Program-made: the position numbers and the translations under genes | Shown: piece by piece, positions 60,870 through 64,000 of the stretch | How positions within the stretch are numbered: position 1 is the stretch's first letter | How the letters are laid out: every line of letters starts with the position of its first letter | DNA from: Gammaproteobacteria bacterium | GTDB lineage: Bacteria > Pseudomonadota > Gammaproteobacteria > UBA4575 | NCBI GenBank assembly: GCA_965220895.1 | Contig: OZ244850.1 | Coordinates: 1,218,962-1,282,961 of the forward strand | Direction: 5' to 3' | DNA: 64,000 nucleotides | The notes under the pieces: model-generated | Database searches by the model: none | What the model was told of the DNA's origin: nothing | Seen by the model: the letters and a program-made list of their open reading frames with translations, nothing else

Positions 60870-60913
60870 TCCAAGACTTTATCTTTATTGAAACCATAGA
60901 TTTTGACTATGGA
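60870..60913 (-). promoter_or_regulatory. Second copy of the LysR operator/-35 element
   Basis: Minus strand TCCATAGTCAAAATCTATGGTTTCAATAAAGATAAAGTCTTGGA; 36/44 identical by hand to 52233-52276. Confidence 0.85.
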
Positions 60914-61055
60914 CCAATTAATAGTTATTACATTATAAGGGTGCAGGCAATAAATACAATTGCCGGCGTGCCTTCGCTGGCTATAAAGATCAAAACCTTA
61001 GGCCTGCAATCCGGGTATTCCGGCAATGGGTTGAGGGCATTTTTAAGGAGCTTTT

Positions 61056-62345
61056 TCAGTAGCCGGCAGGGTCTGGCGCCTTGAGCCACCTTGGATCGGC
61101 TGCAAGCGGTCCCGAGAGGGTGTGCAGGAATGCTTCAAGCTGCTTAGCCTCTTTGCGTCTCAAGGACAGTGCTTTGGCCTCGTTGTGTCCCACCATGGCT
61201 GCGGGAGCACGGTCATAATGATCGATTACTTCCTGGAGCGTTGCCAGCTGTCCTGCATGCATGTAGGGGCCGGTCTTTGCGGTATTCCTGAGCGACGGCG
61301 TCTTGTGGGCACCCACCAGGTTGTCGCCGGTTTGGATAAAGCGCAGCTCAGTACACTCCCTAGGGTTGATGTCACTGAAATCGCCCCGGCAGTTGAACGG
61401 GTCGTCCAGTACGGCCTGCACTGCAATGATCCGGCCTCTGCTTGGAAGCGAGCCCGGGCTGGACAGTAACGCTGTGTTGTGGAACTCGTGATTGGTGAGT
61501 AGCGGACCATTATGGCAGTTGATGCACTGTGCCTTGCCGATGAACAGCCTCAGGCCGGCACGTTCATCCTTGCTCAGGATTTCGGCGGGTTCACGGCTTC
61601 CTGCCACCAGCGCTTCCACGTAGTGATCAAATCGCGCTGCCCCCGGCATTAACAAGCGCTCATAGGCAGCGATGGCCTTGCCGATATTCGCGAACACCCT
61701 TGTTACCGCTTTTTGATTATCCGGGGACATGGACTGCCAGTTCTCATCCAGATTCTTGTCGCTTACGGGACCTGCAGCCGCTGGAAAACGCGAAGGATCG
61801 GAAAAATCATCCAGGGGTCCAAACAAGGCCTCGTACTGTATACGGTAGTGCTCGTCTTGTGCGACAAGACGCACGAGCTGCATGCGCGAACTCCCGTGCT
61901 CCAGCGGGTTTTCAAGCGGAGACAGGGCCTGGGACCAAAGGCTGTCCTTGCGCCCGTCCCAGAACAGCCAGGGGCTGTAGGCCGTACCGACGATGCTCAT
62001 GGTATTTCGCTTGCCGGTGTCGAGCCCTTCGGCAACTTCCAGGCCGTCCGTAAAAAAGTGTTCGGGCCGGTGACAGCTTGCGCAGGAGATTTGTCCATTG
62101 GCGCTCAGGCGTTTGTCGAAAAATAGACGATGGCCGAATTCTGCAGCCTGTAGATTGTCGGCTACGGCATTGCTCGTGCCCGTTGGCAGGGGCGGAAGGT
62201 TGGCGATCCAGAGCGAGCGAATCAGGTTGATCTCCGAGTCCGTCCAGGCATCGCTGTTCCTGTCAGGCCAGGCATACCACCACCCGGCACCGGCCAGGAT
62301 GACCAGGATGGTTGCTGTGAGCGTGCCCCGGAGCGCTTCCGACAT
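61056..62345 (-). CDS. Di-heme cytochrome c peroxidase/MauG-family protein
   Basis: LFFDKRLS, CASCH, FWDGR, CINCH, KTPSLRN, PYMHAG; N-terminal anchor. Confidence 0.88.
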   Translation of the reverse strand: MSEALRGTLTATILVILAGAGWWYAWPDRNSDAWTDSEINLIRSLWIANLPPLPTGTSNAVADNLQAAEFGHRLFFDKRLSANGQISCASCHRPEHFFTDGLEVAEGLDTGKRNTMSIVGTAYSPWLFWDGRKDSLWSQALSPLENPLEHGSSRMQLVRLVAQDEHYRIQYEALFGPLDDFSDPSRFPAAAGPVSDKNLDENWQSMSPDNQKAVTRVFANIGKAIAAYERLLMPGAARFDHYVEALVAGSREPAEILSKDERAGLRLFIGKAQCINCHNGPLLTNHEFHNTALLSSPGSLPSRGRIIAVQAVLDDPFNCRGDFSDINPRECTELRFIQTGDNLVGAHKTPSLRNTAKTGPYMHAGQLATLQEVIDHYDRAPAAMVGHNEAKALSLRRKEAKQLEAFLHTLSGPLAADPRWLKAPDPAGY

Positions 62346-62352
62346 GCCGCGC

Positions 62353-62787
62353 CTACAGGTCCAGGTCAAAGGTCACGCGGTCTGAAGTTTCCCCTTGCTG
62401 GATCAGGAGCATGACCTGCCACCGACCGCCCATGTGGAACTTCATGCCCTCGAGCAGGTAGTCCCCTCTGCCCAGGTTTTCCGTGACCCTTGGCCGTGTG
62501 GGTAACCCATGGTCATGGTCCGGCATCCCTCCCTCGATCTGGACCGTGGCATCGGTGACGGGCTTGCCCGAGCGGTCCTGGATGTGCAGCGTCCATGCAT
62601 GCATGGTGTTAATCGCGATGGGATCGAGATGGCTGGTGAAGCGAACCTCGAAGTGTTGCTCATCCGAGAGCCTGGAGGCCTCGGTGTCGGGCTGCTCTGA
62701 ACTGCCTTGTGTCCATGCAAACGCTGCATACACGCAAACTGCGAGAAATGTTGCTTTCATGATCCTCATGGCTTCAGTCCTCACCAT
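62353..62787 (-). CDS. YtkA/FixH-like periplasmic protein
   Basis: GGMPDHDHG and G.Y....KFHMGG.W motifs. Confidence 0.78.
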   Translation of the reverse strand: MVRTEAMRIMKATFLAVCVYAAFAWTQGSSEQPDTEASRLSDEQHFEVRFTSHLDPIAINTMHAWTLHIQDRSGKPVTDATVQIEGGMPDHDHGLPTRPRVTENLGRGDYLLEGMKFHMGGRWQVMLLIQQGETSDRVTFDLDL

Positions 62788-63403
62788 GTGATTGATTACG
62801 TTTTAAAATCCTGCGTATGCGTGCATAGCCGCCGCTCATCAGCCAGTAATTCAGTTGCAGGAACACGGCCAGTGCGACGAACCAGGGAATCAATCCCCAG
62901 TCGGCCCCACCCACCCGAAATGGGAACATGGCCGTGTACGTCTTGCTGCCTTCAGGACTTTTGGCAGTAACGATGCCGATGTAGTTGCCCTCCTCGGTGA
63001 ACCGGTACATGGCGAGAAATACACCGTCGCGTTCGATCAGGGGGGGCTGGTGAAACACGGTATTGCGCTGCACACCCTCTTTGATGTCGTTCCATCTCGC
63101 AAACCGGCCGCGGTTGTCCACGTCCTCGATGATGCGAAATTCGACCGGGACTTCTCTCAGGCTGTCGTGCAGGTACTCGAGAACGAATATGCTCTCATCG
63201 ACATGGGGGATATCCTCGCACCATTCCTCGTGCTGGCTTTTCTGCGGCTGGTAGATTTTGAAATGGGCCCTGTAAAAGCCGATCTGGATGACGCAAAGAT
63301 CGTCTTCCATGAACACCCCTCCATGTGCATGAATGTTCTGGCAAGGCCACAGGGCCAGACAGGCCAGAAGAAGTACCGAGCGTGCCGAGGAAATGTGCGT
63401 CAA
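62774..63403 (-). CDS. PmoD/AmoD-like periplasmic copper protein with C-terminal TM helix
   Basis: Signal-HGG..MEDD.C...G...AHF..YQP....EE.CEDIP...LREVPVEFRII pattern recalled from the PmoD family. Confidence 0.68.
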   Translation of the reverse strand: MTHISSARSVLLLACLALWPCQNIHAHGGVFMEDDLCVIQIGFYRAHFKIYQPQKSQHEEWCEDIPHVDESIFVLEYLHDSLREVPVEFRIIEDVDNRGRFARWNDIKEGVQRNTVFHQPPLIERDGVFLAMYRFTEEGNYIGIVTAKSPEGSKTYTAMFPFRVGGADWGLIPWFVALAVFLQLNYWLMSGGYARIRRILKRNQSHGED

Positions 63404-63505
63404 GATTCAGGCAGGGTATCCACTCGATCGGCCACGGGTGGCTGCCATGGCAGGCACACCGGGGTCTCGGTGGGTCCTGGTCGGGATCCTGTCTGCCTTG
63501 GAAAA

Positions 63506-63871
63506 CTAGTGGCCGGATGCGTGGTGGTGTTCAACAACGGGCGCTTCGTCCACTCCGAAAAACTCGGCGCGCGACAGGTACGTGTAGTCCCCTTCGATGG
63601 ACATCATGCCAATGAGCACCAGCAATGCCAGGGGCGGCAGCAGGATTGCGGTGATCAGTGCCAGGCGCTCCCAAGCCATGTGCATGAAGATAGCGACGAT
63701 GAACCCCGCCTTGAGCATCATGAAAATCAGGATCAGGTTCCACCTGAGATAGCCCTGGAACTGGTAGTAATCCACCATGTAGGAGAACGCACTGAATACG
63801 AATAACAGCAGCCAGATCCCGATATAGATACTGAGTGGATGTTGTTGACCTTCTTCTGGTGTAGCCGCCAT
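63506..63871 (-). CDS. Heme-copper oxidase subunit IV (CoxQ-like)
   Basis: QQHP..IY..IW.LLF, KAGFIVAIFMHMAWE. Confidence 0.85.
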   Translation of the reverse strand: MAATPEEGQQHPLSIYIGIWLLLFVFSAFSYMVDYYQFQGYLRWNLILIFMMLKAGFIVAIFMHMAWERLALITAILLPPLALLVLIGMMSIEGDYTYLSRAEFFGVDEAPVVEHHHASGH

Positions 63872-63884
63872 GAGTTGTTACCCT

Positions 63885-64000
63885 CTACCAAAGATAAAAG
63901 AATGCGAAAATGAATACCCAGACCAGATCGACGAAGTGCCAGTACAGTCCGGCGATCTCGACGATGTCGTAGCCCTTCTTCTCGTAACGCCCGTTCAGGA
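63885..64000 (-). CDS. Heme-copper oxidase subunit III (C-terminal fragment)
   Basis: Manual translation VEIAGLYWHFVDLVWVFIFAFFYLW*. Confidence 0.9.
   Translation of the reverse strand, partial: LNGRYEKKGYDIVEIAGLYWHFVDLVWVFIFAFFYLW

Noticed and set aside
33375-63805. Long antisense ORFs (33375-34286, 35004-35723, 42932-43858, 56999-57943, 62855-63805; also 5862-6791)
   Set aside because: Shadow frames of well-supported genes on the opposite strand, with no motifs of their own.

Overview
Chromosomal window of a gammaproteobacterium, judged from gene order and content (engB-cytochrome c4-dsbA, glnK-amtB, argS-priA, rph-yicC, mutY-yggX-tRNA-Phe). It has three parts. (1) 1-7.2 kb is a metal-uptake locus: a Fur-boxed LbtU-like porin, and a TonB receptor/PepSY pair divergent from a di-heme protein across a Zur box. 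Several of these genes have damaged 5' ends. An unannotated sigmaE-type sRNA follows. (2) 7.2-42.6 kb is mostly housekeeping genes, with two datA-like DnaA-box/IHF elements and an NCS2 permease fused to an RsbW-like domain. (3) After tRNA-Phe and an IS481 lies an accessory region centred on a thiocyanate-utilisation module: scnB-scnA-scnC, an activator, a DsrE-like protein, an NrtA/CmpA-type ABC importer and CbtB. A 44-bp LysR operator is shared by the scn promoter and a distant porin gene, so the CynR-like regulator probably controls both. The adjacent cyanase has its own sigma54/NtrC promoter. The window ends in a heme-copper oxidase operon tail carrying a PmoD-like protein, a YtkA-like protein and a MauG-like di-heme protein. 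All calls come from reading motifs by eye; no database searches were run.
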